A stretch of 64,000 nucleotides of DNA from a virus. Taxonomy: Duplodnaviria > Caudoviricetes. A program made the translations under genes and the position numbers. Positions 39,943 to 49,001 of this stretch are shown here, in pieces. The notes beneath the pieces were generated by a model that searched no databases, had not been told where the DNA came from, and worked only from the letters and a program-made list of their open reading frames with translations. The first letter of the stretch is position 1. Each line of letters starts with the position of its first letter. Location of the stretch: positions 348,515 through 412,514 of the IMG/VR virus record IMGVR_UViG_3300011989_000257; one strand, 5' to 3'.

Positions 39943-40191
39943 TTATTTTTCTTGCTTTATAATAATCTTTACTAATTCAAAGTTAACGTCTATTTCCTCA
40001 TCAGATGGGATAAATTCTTGCTCACTATCTTTTTTATTCCTATAAAACAAATCTTCATCCACTTTCCTAAACTCATCAGCATTCAAACATATGGTTAATT
40101 CTGCCTTATTTACTACACCGTTTTCTTTGAGAGCGTTTGATATTATTCCACCAAGTTCAATAATACTATTACTTCCAAACTTAAATTCCAT
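39943..40191 (-). CDS. Hypothetical protein
   Basis: 82 aa in operon. Confidence 0.65.
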   Translation of the reverse strand: MEFKFGSNSIIELGGIISNALKENGVVNKAELTICLNADEFRKVDEDLFYRNKKDSEQEFIPSDEEIDVNFELVKIIIKQEK

Positions 40192-40192
40192 G

Positions 40193-40420
40193 TCAATTGA
40201 AAAAACTTAAGAATTTATTAATATGATTTTTAACTTTTCTCCAGAAAGTAAACTCAACTTTCTTGTTTCCGCTTAAAACATCGTTCATATCTTTGCCCAT
40301 GCTTCCATTTAATTGTTCTGCTATATTCCATTGATGTCCTTTAAGCGCTAACTTATCCATACGTTTTTCACTATTCATTGTAGTGATTTCCCTACTTATC
40401 TCATCCATTATTAGAACCAC
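40193..40420 (-). CDS. Hypothetical protein
   Basis: 75 aa in operon. Confidence 0.6.
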   Translation of the reverse strand: MVLIMDEISREITTMNSEKRMDKLALKGHQWNIAEQLNGSMGKDMNDVLSGNKKVEFTFWRKVKNHINKFLSFFN

Positions 40421-40772
40421 TCCTTTCCAATGCTTCTTGTAGTGTGTGTATTAGCCATACAATGCCACTTGAAAAGAAGCCATCTAAAATCATTATCACC
40501 CACCAAGGAGCTACTGTACCAAGCAATAGCATAAATGGTGTCAACGCCAATGTTGGATAGAACAACGAATTGGATAAGCTTAATATGAACCCAGTCCAAG
40601 TTGGAAAACATATCATACATGAAAATAATTCTCCAAGATTAGGATGAATTTTATTGGCTATATCTCTAATTTTATCATAAATATGAGCTGGTCCATGAGC
40701 ATAGACAAAATGATTTGATATTGCATACGAAACAATCGAAAAAACAAAAATAACTATCCAACTATTCATCAT
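40401..40772 (-). CDS. Membrane protein (DUF1360-like)
   Basis: Several TM segments; LGELFSCMICFPTW motif. Confidence 0.65.
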   Translation of the reverse strand: MMNSWIVIFVFSIVSYAISNHFVYAHGPAHIYDKIRDIANKIHPNLGELFSCMICFPTWTGFILSLSNSLFYPTLALTPFMLLLGTVAPWWVIMILDGFFSSGIVWLIHTLQEALERSGSNNG

Positions 40773-41265
40773 TCTTAACTTCAGTTATTTCATCATTATT
40801 TTCACTTGTAGCAATCTCTTCCTCAGAAGTTTCGATTGGCTCTTCTTGTGGTTTCTCAGCCTCTTTCTTCTTTTTGGTATACTTTCTCTTAGCCTTGTCA
40901 CTTTTACTCTTATTAGTGACAAACCTAAGCGTTGTCAGTTCATCATATGATAGTTCTGAAAACAATTCCTTTAATTCATTAACTTTATCTTTAAGCAACT
41001 TAAGTTTAAGCACAATATCGTTATTTGCCTTGATTGTCTCCTCAACCAAATCAAACATGTCTTCATAACTCGTATCTTTTGAATCTGCATAGTAATATGT
41101 CAAAGCACCATCATCTGACGGGGTAACCTTTATTCTACCATCAGAAGAAGGATATGCTTTCCAGTTTCTTGGATACACAACTTTAACCATCAAAGCCTCA
41201 TTATACATTTCTATACCACGAAAATAAGGCTTCATGTCATTCATTCTTTCTTGTAAACTTTTCAT
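40762..41265 (-). CDS. Hypothetical protein
   Basis: 167 aa; coiled coil and charged tail. Confidence 0.7.
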   Translation of the reverse strand: MKSLQERMNDMKPYFRGIEMYNEALMVKVVYPRNWKAYPSSDGRIKVTPSDDGALTYYYADSKDTSYEDMFDLVEETIKANNDIVLKLKLLKDKVNELKELFSELSYDELTTLRFVTNKSKSDKAKRKYTKKKKEAEKPQEEPIETSEEEIATSENNDEITEVKNDE

Positions 41266-41268
41266 TAA

Positions 41269-41460
41269 TCAAAACCCACATATTAACATTGTTAGTATAT
41301 ACGAAACAGCCATGCCAAACACTAGCAATTCGTTTTGTGTGGCTAGTTTTCCACTCTTTAATCTAAATACGCTTATAACATGAAAAATATCAACAAGCAC
41401 TGTCAATATTGCCATTATAAACAAAAATACCTTTAATTGTAATAATAAACTTGCAATCAT
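41269..41460 (-). CDS. Small two-TM membrane protein
   Basis: Two hydrophobic helices. Confidence 0.6.
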   Translation of the reverse strand: MIASLLLQLKVFLFIMAILTVLVDIFHVISVFRLKSGKLATQNELLVFGMAVSYILTMLICGF

Positions 41461-41508
41461 GGTTCTTCAATATTTTCAACATAATTATTTTTATTAAAAA
41501 ATAAAAAT

Positions 41509-41543
41509 AAATGCCCAACAATTAAACAGTTGTTGAGCATTTA
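41509..41543 (-). terminator. Hairpin/terminator
   Basis: aaatgcccaaca...tgttgagcattt. Confidence 0.55.
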
Positions 41544-41548
41544 ATATC

Positions 41549-42025
41549 TTAATATCCACTTTCAGCATCATTGGCAAAATCGCCATTATCAATCTTGTTG
41601 TATATCACCCTTGCAAGATGGTCTCCAAGTGTTGTATTGAACCATTCATCAAATTGTGATGATTGAACATCGCTCTGATTCATTTGTCTTCCAAAACCAC
41701 TATGTCCCAATACAACATCATCTATAGTGAAATCCCCATCAAAACTACCTCTTATAGATACCGCTTCACTCATTCCTTCGCCATAATCAGCTTCGAATTC
41801 ATAATATGAATCTCCAGTTTCCCAAACATATACATTTCTTAAATCTTGAGGTGTTATATGTTCAACTTCACTTATTGGATTATATGTGTCCATCTCATAC
41901 GGATTGCCTTCACTAGCAAAATCGCCATCGGAGAATTGGTCAAAGTCTTCTTTTATAATCCTTTTCACTGACCCCATAATAATCTTGTGAAGGTCACTCT
42001 CTGTTAATCTAATTATCTTTTTCAT
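41549..42025 (-). CDS. LTE-leader family protein with very acidic cargo
   Basis: MKKIIRLTESDLH...IIKE leader. Confidence 0.8.
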   Translation of the reverse strand: MKKIIRLTESDLHKIIMGSVKRIIKEDFDQFSDGDFASEGNPYEMDTYNPISEVEHITPQDLRNVYVWETGDSYYEFEADYGEGMSEAVSIRGSFDGDFTIDDVVLGHSGFGRQMNQSDVQSSQFDEWFNTTLGDHLARVIYNKIDNGDFANDAESGY

Positions 42026-42028
42026 TCT

Positions 42029-42718
42029 TTATTTCAAATCAAATGTTGCAGATGCGCCAACTACGACTCCAAACTGCTTATTTATCGGGTCATATCCTGC
42101 CGTAACACCAGGACCAAAAGAGAATCTGTTCCAAAACGTCCTCTTATCACTCTTTTTCCATACAGTAGGATTTGTAATAGTACCTCCGTTCTCAGGATTT
42201 ATGGTAATATGGTTAATACCTCCTTCCTCCTTGTTTACAATAGTAAACTTATTCTTCACCTTCGCTTGTATTGAATACCAATTCGGTTCTGTGAATGAAT
42301 TTACGTTCAATTTATATTGGAACGTGTCATTCGGTTCGCTTGTATATTCATATGTCCTTGCTATCTGTGGTATTGTAACAGGAATGGTGTCATACACTAT
42401 ACTATCCTTTATATTAGGCTTCGTAGTAACTTGCCCTGTGTTATATTCCTTCTCGTGATAGAACTGCACTATATAATCTAGCTTGTTTTTATATTGCTTC
42501 AGTGAATCATACAGTGCCTTATTTTCTTCCTTAAGTTCTTTGTATTTCTTCTCGTAATATATTTTATGATAAGTTCCGCTTGTATCAACGTATTCTATCT
42601 CATCAATCTTCTTCTGCTTCTCTTTAAGCTTCTGATTGAAGTATACTGCAAGAAACACTATAATGCCAATAAGGATAGTAACTATCCACGATGAATGATT
42701 CTTAAAAAATTCTTTCAT
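42029..42718 (-). CDS. Membrane-anchored coiled-coil protein (spanin-like)
   Basis: N-terminal TM, coiled coil, C-terminal beta-strands ending ATFDLK; next to holin-like gene. Confidence 0.5.
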   Translation of the reverse strand: MKEFFKNHSSWIVTILIGIIVFLAVYFNQKLKEKQKKIDEIEYVDTSGTYHKIYYEKKYKELKEENKALYDSLKQYKNKLDYIVQFYHEKEYNTGQVTTKPNIKDSIVYDTIPVTIPQIARTYEYTSEPNDTFQYKLNVNSFTEPNWYSIQAKVKNKFTIVNKEEGGINHITINPENGGTITNPTVWKKSDKRTFWNRFSFGPGVTAGYDPINKQFGVVVGASATFDLK

Positions 42719-42720
42719 AA

Positions 42721-43479
42721 TTAATTGTTTTTCATAACTATATCTAGGTCAAGCAATTGCGTCAACGTCTTGTCGTGTTCAGTCAGTTTCTTCTCTATTA
42801 AAGCTCGGTCTGGAACATCCTCGTACTCGTGATATGACACACACAAGAAGCCAAGCGGAGTACCTTCGCTGCTTATGTAAATCATTCCAAGATATACACC
42901 CCCAACGCTCTTAATGTGATTGGCAAATTCGTGGTCAATCTTGTCAATCTCATCTATTGTACCTATTATCATTTTCTGTTTTTGAAGGTAGTGCGGATAC
43001 TTGTAGAGCGTAAGAGGAATGTCTTGAAACTGCATTGCAATTCTGTCAACCTTTTTTTCCTCATTAACCTCTTCGTATGACATATCTGCAAATCTGAATG
43101 GAAGTCCACTAGTATTCTTTTTACCATTGTGTAATTCAAACAGAAATGCTCTGTCGGCGTTAAGCGTATATGTCAGAAGCTTAAGGTCATTCTGTATCTT
43201 AGGAGTCACCACGAAATCCCTTATATTCTCCTCCTTCTGGCTCCTCGCCAAGTGCATTGATGTCTCGTGCATCGCTTCCTTGTCACTTATGAACTCGTAA
43301 ACGAAAAATCCCCCTAATAGTGTGGCTAGAAAGAAAAACATAACTAAATAAACTTTAACAATCCTTGTCCATTTTGCATTTGAAATAGCATCCGTAACAC
43401 TTTTTATAGCCTTAACGACTGAAGATGCTTTTTCGCCACTAGGTTGATTTAAATTAATGTTTATGTCATTGTTTTTCAT
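42721..43479 (-). CDS. Putative T4 T-like holin (single TM plus GAF-like domain)
   Basis: One TM followed by LNADRAFLFELHNG...PLGFLCVSY GAF-like pattern. Confidence 0.55.
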   Translation of the reverse strand: MKNNDININLNQPSGEKASSVVKAIKSVTDAISNAKWTRIVKVYLVMFFFLATLLGGFFVYEFISDKEAMHETSMHLARSQKEENIRDFVVTPKIQNDLKLLTYTLNADRAFLFELHNGKKNTSGLPFRFADMSYEEVNEEKKVDRIAMQFQDIPLTLYKYPHYLQKQKMIIGTIDEIDKIDHEFANHIKSVGGVYLGMIYISSEGTPLGFLCVSYHEYEDVPDRALIEKKLTEHDKTLTQLLDLDIVMKNN

Positions 43480-43506
43480 TTCTATATATTTTAATTTAAA
43501 TCGTTA

Positions 43507-44328
43507 TTAATCCATTAACTTTCTAGCCTTATTGACCATATCTGAGAATTCTTTATCTTCTTGAACCCTAAATGAAGGGGTTGAAATCTTTGCCTCCGAA
43601 CTCTTATAGCCCCATAATTGTTTCATCCTCTCCTTCTGTTCATTAACAAGTGTCATATTAGGCTTCTTAGTTACCATTGGCTCTTTTGCATGCCATTCAA
43701 CAAGATACTGATTGTCAGCACTGTCTTTCATTACAAATCTGTTACCTTCTGTCTTATATTCATCTGGAATTTTTGTCATCATGTGATTCTCAGAAATAAA
43801 CTGTGTGTTCTTAAAGGTAAGCATCTTGATTTTCTTTGATTCTCCCATTGTTTCTCTTTGTTTTTCTACTTCAGTTTTATTAAGTTCACGACCTGTTAGG
43901 CCAATTTCTACGGCAGCATCCTTACCCTTCTTAACCATTTCAGCATGGTCTTTTGCTGCTTTATAAATGTTTCCATCATTATCGAATGTTGCGTTTCCAA
44001 ACTCATCGTTCTTATATTTATCCTCTGCATCCTTTGAAACATATCCCTTCATTTGGGATTTAACCCTCTCTTGAAAAGGCTTATTGATACTATCATAAGT
44101 TAAGTCATGCATACCTTTGTTATCAGTGGCAGAAATGCCTCCACCAAGCGACTTTTTATCCTTGGTGAGACCACCATCGTATTTTTCAGTTTCCTTTTTG
44201 ATGTCACTGTAAGCCTTTTCGTTTGTCTTCTTGGTTTCATCAGTTCCAAAAACTACTGGTTTGAATTCGTTTTGACTTTCCTTGATGTATTTCCTCAATT
44301 CGCCTACGTTAATCTTTTTAATTCCCAT
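43507..44328 (-). CDS. Putative head/prohead core protein
   Basis: Charged protein with repeated (I/L/V)xE motifs (IKE, ISE, VNE) in a late-type operon. Confidence 0.5.
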   Translation of the reverse strand: MGIKKINVGELRKYIKESQNEFKPVVFGTDETKKTNEKAYSDIKKETEKYDGGLTKDKKSLGGGISATDNKGMHDLTYDSINKPFQERVKSQMKGYVSKDAEDKYKNDEFGNATFDNDGNIYKAAKDHAEMVKKGKDAAVEIGLTGRELNKTEVEKQRETMGESKKIKMLTFKNTQFISENHMMTKIPDEYKTEGNRFVMKDSADNQYLVEWHAKEPMVTKKPNMTLVNEQKERMKQLWGYKSSEAKISTPSFRVQEDKEFSDMVNKARKLMD

Positions 44329-44335
44329 ATTTTTA

Positions 44336-44485
44336 TTATTTAAATTGATTTATGTATAATCCTCTTAGCATCTGTTCAAACATAAGTCTTGTCCTATTCT
44401 CTCTAGATACATTCTCATCATGAAGTTTATCATCTATTTCACGAATCTTCTTGATGGTTTCCTCATTTCCTTCGTAATCTATCAT
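44336..44485 (-). CDS. Small hypothetical protein (49 aa)
   Basis: Hand-translated MIDYEGNEETIKKIREID... Confidence 0.55.
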   Translation of the reverse strand: MIDYEGNEETIKKIREIDDKLHDENVSRENRTRLMFEQMLRGLYINQFK

Positions 44486-44495
44486 AACTTGTACT

Positions 44496-44837
44496 TTACT
44501 TTTTTCTATTACCCATAGAGAAACCAGGTGTTCTATCTAATGCTGGTTTCATATCAACTTGATTTGTCTTTGCTTGAGTCACATCACCAAGATTATGTGC
44601 TTGACGCATGATAGGTTCACTGAATGCGTTTCCTCCTACTTTTTTTTTATTCTTGCCTCCAAACGCAGGAGCATCAATATGATTCTTGGCTTGCCCAGCA
44701 GCACCTCCTACGTTAATACCAACACAGTTCGTAGCGCCACCTCCACCAATCTCACCATCTTCTTTAAGTATCCTATATACAGATTCCTTTACGATGTTTT
44801 TTAATTCACTCTCTGTCAATCTTATAATTTGTTTCAT
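44496..44837 (-). CDS. LTE-leader family protein with Gly-rich cargo
   Basis: MKQIIRLTESEL...ILKE leader; ATATTTAT at 44860-44867. Confidence 0.75.
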   Translation of the reverse strand: MKQIIRLTESELKNIVKESVYRILKEDGEIGGGGATNCVGINVGGAAGQAKNHIDAPAFGGKNKKKVGGNAFSEPIMRQAHNLGDVTQAKTNQVDMKPALDRTPGFSMGNRKK

Positions 44838-44894
44838 ATATGTAGACAATTATTTACATATAAATATACTTTTAATGTTAAAATTGTTAATTTA

Positions 44895-44926
44895 CTTGGC
44901 TATTTATTGTAAATTTCGTATCTTTG
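44895..44926 (+). promoter_or_regulatory. sigmaA-type promoter
   Basis: CTTG-N20-TATCTTTG upstream of the SprT-like gene. Confidence 0.75.
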
Positions 44927-44946
44927 CATTGTTAAATTAAAAAAAT

Positions 44947-45381
44947 ATGATTGCAGATTTTAATACAATGCCGATGGTGTTCAGTGAGTGTAACAAAAAG
45001 TATTTCAACAATTCACTCCCAACCCCAAAGTTCAATACTATCAACAAAACTAACATTCTTGCTAGATTCGAGTACAGAAAGAATAAGGGTAAGAACAAGG
45101 AAAAGAAGCCTCTTGAGTACAAGATGCTCATGTTTTCAGATTGCTTTGATTTCGATGAGAAAGATTTTATTGAAATCATGGTACACGAAATGGTACACTA
45201 TTACATCGCTTGGAATAACATTAAGGACAATAGTGCTCATGGAAAGAAATTCATGGAGATTGCCAACGAACTTAATGAGAAGTATGGATTGAATATAACA
45301 AAAACGAAAGATGCATCCTCATTCAAAAAGACTGAGAATGCACCTAAAGTTAAGGGTTTGTTTAGTTTTTTATTTAGTTAG
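44947..45381 (+). CDS. SprT-like zinc metalloprotease
   Basis: NKKYFNNSLP, HEMVH, AHGKKF. Confidence 0.85.
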   Translation: MIADFNTMPMVFSECNKKYFNNSLPTPKFNTINKTNILARFEYRKNKGKNKEKKPLEYKMLMFSDCFDFDEKDFIEIMVHEMVHYYIAWNNIKDNSAHGKKFMEIANELNEKYGLNITKTKDASSFKKTENAPKVKGLFSFLFS

Positions 45382-45898
45382 TAAAAGCGTTTCTTCTGTT
45401 CTGGAATCTACCACTTAAACTAGTAGCACCACCTTGGCTTAACATCTTAATCAAGTTGTCAATCATACCCATCTGCTTACCGATAACGCTGTATTGACCC
45501 ATGCTCTGAAGCTTTTGGTCAGCAGCCTTAAGGTTATTAAGTGCTTGAACTGCATTCTGGATAGCTTTCTGTGCCTCTTGGTTTGCTGAACCAGTTTGGT
45601 AAGTGTTCTTTGCATTGTTATAAGCTTGGCCCATTGCTTGCCCAGCTTGATTCATTTTCTGTCCTACAGCGTTTGCTGCTTGTCCCATAGCATTCTTAGC
45701 TTGATTCCATTTCTGACTAGCTGTATTAGCCATGTTCTGACCAGCTGTAGACATACGATTACCGAACTTTGAGCCTAATGCGCTCAAACCGCCCCATAAT
45801 CCTTCTTCCATCCCATTTTCCTTAAGGTATACCCTCACTGCATCCTCAACAAGCATGTGAAGGTCTTGTTCTGTTAGCTCAATTGGTTTATTTTTCAT
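45374..45898 (-). CDS. LTE-leader family protein with amphipathic helical cargo
   Basis: IELTEQDLH...YLKE leader, then Q/N/A/M/G-rich repeats. Confidence 0.75.
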   Translation of the reverse strand: MKNKPIELTEQDLHMLVEDAVRVYLKENGMEEGLWGGLSALGSKFGNRMSTAGQNMANTASQKWNQAKNAMGQAANAVGQKMNQAGQAMGQAYNNAKNTYQTGSANQEAQKAIQNAVQALNNLKAADQKLQSMGQYSVIGKQMGMIDNLIKMLSQGGATSLSGRFQNRRNAFTN

Positions 45899-45919
45899 TT
45901 GTTTATGCGTTTTTTAATT

Positions 45920-46042
45920 TTATGCTTTATTTTTCTTAATTTTTCTTTTCTTTGGATTAATATCTAAAGGACTCTTAGCTTCCTCTTCCTTCTTAATTAA
46001 TATTTGTGGTTCTCCGTAATAATCAAACTCAAAACTAATCAT
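45920..46042 (-). CDS. Small hypothetical protein (40 aa)
   Basis: Hand-translated MISFEFDYYGEPQ... Confidence 0.45.
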   Translation of the reverse strand: MISFEFDYYGEPQILIKKEEEAKSPLDINPKKRKIKKNKA

Positions 46043-46184
46043 CTTCCTTGATATATTTTTCGTTTCTTATTTCTTTCAGCTTTGATATGCTGAAGCATTC
46101 ATCCTTGTAATTCTCGTTATCCTTTATCATGGTGTTATCGCCATCAAAGCCATAAAAATCCAATGTTCTTATCTTATCTTTCAT
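46038..46184 (-). CDS. Small hypothetical protein (48 aa)
   Basis: ATGA overlap with the upstream stop; MKDKIRTLDFYGFDG... Confidence 0.5.
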
Positions 46185-46774
46185 ATTTTTTTCCTTTTTT
46201 TATTTATTTTGTTATTGTAAATATCAGTAGCTTGCTTTACATATTCAGGTGCTCTCTCATCACTTATCACACCCATCGTTAATGGAGAATTGAGCATTGT
46301 ATCTATCTCTCCTCTCATGTTTATGTCATTCCCTAGGTCGTTGTCATGAAGCATTACACCCTTTGATGTATGATAAGCCTCATTAATTCCAAAAAAATCA
46401 TTGTATAATTTCCTTATAAAAGACTTTTTGATTGGATTACCTATTCTTTCTTTATCCCTCATTTCCTTTCCAATCTTATCATTCCAGTCATATTTGACAT
46501 AATAACGAGATTGTTTGCGCCCAGTTGTCTCATCATAAGGTTCGTCAATTCTCTCCTCCTTGGTGATTATGCCATAGTCATATAGTTTCTTCCTAAGTTC
46601 ACCATTATGAAGCCCACAGCCCTTTAAAATATCATTTGGCACTGCTCCTATCGGGTCTCTGCGTATCCCATCTACAAATGACACAACACTTTCATAAAAA
46701 TCTTGAAAAGGTGGTCTCCTATTATCTTCTAGAAGTCTGTTAAAAACAGATTCATTTATATGTATTAACTTCAT
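46181..46774 (-). CDS. Hypothetical protein with leader variant (IHINES...LLE)
   Basis: 197 aa in late-type operon. Confidence 0.7.
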   Translation of the reverse strand: MKLIHINESVFNRLLEDNRRPPFQDFYESVVSFVDGIRRDPIGAVPNDILKGCGLHNGELRKKLYDYGIITKEERIDEPYDETTGRKQSRYYVKYDWNDKIGKEMRDKERIGNPIKKSFIRKLYNDFFGINEAYHTSKGVMLHDNDLGNDINMRGEIDTMLNSPLTMGVISDERAPEYVKQATDIYNNKINKKRKKI

Positions 46775-46980
46775 CTAGTGATTCCTCCTTTCCATGTACT
46801 GCTACGATTCCACAAAGTACGGAACAAGTCTTCAATAACCTCTGCTGTGACCTCTTTAACTGCTTTCTTAAAGTCCCTTGAGTTATATGCAGATGAAATA
46901 CGGTTGGATACAATCGATTCAACCTCAGTTTTATTTATCTCCTCATTGATTATCTCTCTTATTCTATTCTCTGAAATCAT
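46771..46980 (-). CDS. Small protein with leader variant (ISE...IINE)
   Basis: 69 aa; ATATTTAT at 47001-47008. Confidence 0.65.
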   Translation of the reverse strand: MISENRIREIINEEINKTEVESIVSNRISSAYNSRDFKKAVKEVTAEVIEDLFRTLWNRSSTWKGGITR

Positions 46981-47020
46981 ATAATATATCTATTTTACAT
47001 ATAAATATCATAAACAACAA

Positions 47021-47048
47021 AAAAGGATGCTATTTCCTAGCATCCTTT
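47021..47048 (-). terminator. Intrinsic terminator
   Basis: aaaggatgcta...tagcatccttt. Confidence 0.75.
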
Positions 47049-47077
47049 AATGATTATCTAAAACCATTTTTTGTTCA

Positions 47078-47764
47078 TTAACTTTCTCTTCCATTTTCTT
47101 TCAAATGTTTTCTAATTAATTCTTCCATCAAATATTCACATACAACCCCATTACGAGACTTGCAGTCATCATAACTAAACGTCACATTTGGGATTTCCTC
47201 AACTGTAAATGAATTCTGCTCAAGTTGAATCGTATAATTCTCATTATCAATTTCAAGCATTATATCACCCATTCTTTCCTTTATCTGGAATCTTGTTATC
47301 TCACCCTTGCTGTATCTCGCAGTATCAAATATTGCTGAATTATAACTCTTGGCTTGTGCGATTGCGTCTTTCTTGTCAAGACACACATACTTGTATGAAC
47401 CAAGAGTGTAACGCTCACCACTGCCATCACCCTTGAGGAATAATGTTGAATAATCGAACATGCAGCTACAATTATAATGAACCTTATTATAAAGTTCAAA
47501 ATAATGAGAGCCACCATTATCTTCACCACGATAAAGTCTAATTCTAAAAGCATCCTTAATGGTTATTCCAAAAATCTTGTGTGGTGTTATGACACAATGA
47601 TAATCTCGAATTAAACCACCGATACCCTCGAACACTACGTACACAGTGAATGGCTTGCCTACCTCTTGCTTACGAAACACATTATCATGCTTTCTATAAG
47701 GTGGCAGAGAAATGTCTTCTCTCCTAGCTGTGAAATAATCCTCTATATGTAATCTTAAACTCAT
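47078..47764 (-). CDS. Hypothetical protein
   Basis: Start MSLRLH at 47764, downstream of a promoter. Confidence 0.7.
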   Translation of the reverse strand: MSLRLHIEDYFTARREDISLPPYRKHDNVFRKQEVGKPFTVYVVFEGIGGLIRDYHCVITPHKIFGITIKDAFRIRLYRGEDNGGSHYFELYNKVHYNCSCMFDYSTLFLKGDGSGERYTLGSYKYVCLDKKDAIAQAKSYNSAIFDTARYSKGEITRFQIKERMGDIMLEIDNENYTIQLEQNSFTVEEIPNVTFSYDDCKSRNGVVCEYLMEELIRKHLKENGRES

Positions 47765-47784
47765 ATAACTTATTTTTTGTGGTG

Positions 47785-47832
47785 TAAAGATACAAAAAAA
47801 AATTGGACTGACCAAGAATCAATCCAATTTTT
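47785..47832 (-). promoter_or_regulatory. Fused terminator hairpin and sigmaA-type promoter
   Basis: CTTG-N20-TATCTTTA overlapping the aattgga...tccaatt hairpin. Confidence 0.65.
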
Positions 47833-47840
47833 AACATTTA

Positions 47841-48041
47841 TTACATTTTATCATTTAGCAATTCTTTTAAATTTTTGTAAACCTTGTCATTTATAGGTTT
47901 TATTGTCCCATCATCAAACACGGTTACAATTGTCCATCCTACAATATTATGGTCATCAATTAAGGCAGATACCTTTGTCCCATCCTCCAATTGTATGGCC
48001 TCCGATAACTGATTAATAATTTCCTTTAACTCTACTTTCAT
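47841..48041 (-). CDS. Hypothetical protein
   Basis: 66 aa. Confidence 0.6.
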   Translation of the reverse strand: MKVELKEIINQLSEAIQLEDGTKVSALIDDHNIVGWTIVTVFDDGTIKPINDKVYKNLKELLNDKM

Positions 48042-48048
48042 ATTTATA

Positions 48049-48624
48049 TTAGTCCTTATTCTCTGCCGCTTTTTTGAGTTTTTCCATTAAATCGCCATCT
48101 TGAGTAATTGAATCCTTCCAATTCGAGAAAGCATCCCTAATCTTACCCAATAACCTTGCATTTGTATCTGTAAGTTGCATTGCATCCGTCCATACATAGC
48201 ATCCATCGCCACTTGGGTCTGAATATCTAAACTGGAAATCAAGATTCAATGAAGGTATCTTGCCATCCAAAGTCATGTCATCGGCCTTTGGATAATACTT
48301 TAAAGCATTTTCGGAAAACTGAACATTGCCATTAATAGTCTTTCTTATTGCATCTTCTTGTGAAGTTCTCACATCGCCAAATTGAGGCGTATTTTTTGTA
48401 ATCTCAAATGAATCCTTATGGTCATCATCAACCTCTTCTTCAGTTAAGATTTTTTTTTTATTCTCGTCAATTGCCTCTTGCATAAGAATTTTTGTCCTTG
48501 TAAGGAAATTGTCATTTTCCTTTTCTTCAGTAACAAACTGTTCTGCTGCCTTTCTTGCTTGCTCAACTCTACCCTTTCTTAAGGTGTCAAGCATCTTTCT
48601 TGTTATACTGTTCTCACTAGCCAT
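48049..48624 (-). CDS. Hypothetical protein, possibly head-associated
   Basis: 191 aa; internal VTE/ILTE motifs; late-type operon. Confidence 0.65.
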   Translation of the reverse strand: MASENSITRKMLDTLRKGRVEQARKAAEQFVTEEKENDNFLTRTKILMQEAIDENKKKILTEEEVDDDHKDSFEITKNTPQFGDVRTSQEDAIRKTINGNVQFSENALKYYPKADDMTLDGKIPSLNLDFQFRYSDPSGDGCYVWTDAMQLTDTNARLLGKIRDAFSNWKDSITQDGDLMEKLKKAAENKD

Positions 48625-48626
48625 AA

Positions 48627-48986
48627 TTAAAAGTCAATTTCTTGTCCATTCCAAGAATAACCAAATTCATTATTGATTTTTCTTGCGATTTTATTTTCAA
48701 TTTTTTTAGTTTCATTTGCAATCTCTTTTGCCAACTCAACTGGTGCCACTACAACCTTTTCAATTGTCTCTCCAATTGCGTCCAACACTATATTTGTTGC
48801 ATCTTCCTCAACTGGTACTATTACACTTGGGTCACCATTCATAACTTGTGTATCAATTGTATCTGTATCCTCAGAAATTTCTTTGGGTGCTTCTTTTTGG
48901 ATTTCCGTTTCCCTTTCCTTGCTAATTGTCTTCTTAGTAGTAGGTTTTTTAGTTGTACTTTTCTTTGTAGTTTCTTTCTTTGCCAT
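48627..48986 (-). CDS. Hypothetical protein with K/T-rich N-terminus
   Basis: 119 aa; ATATTTAT at 48992-48999. Confidence 0.7.
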   Translation of the reverse strand: MAKKETTKKSTTKKPTTKKTISKERETEIQKEAPKEISEDTDTIDTQVMNGDPSVIVPVEEDATNIVLDAIGETIEKVVVAPVELAKEIANETKKIENKIARKINNEFGYSWNGQEIDF

Positions 48987-49001
48987 ATAATATAAATATT
49001 T

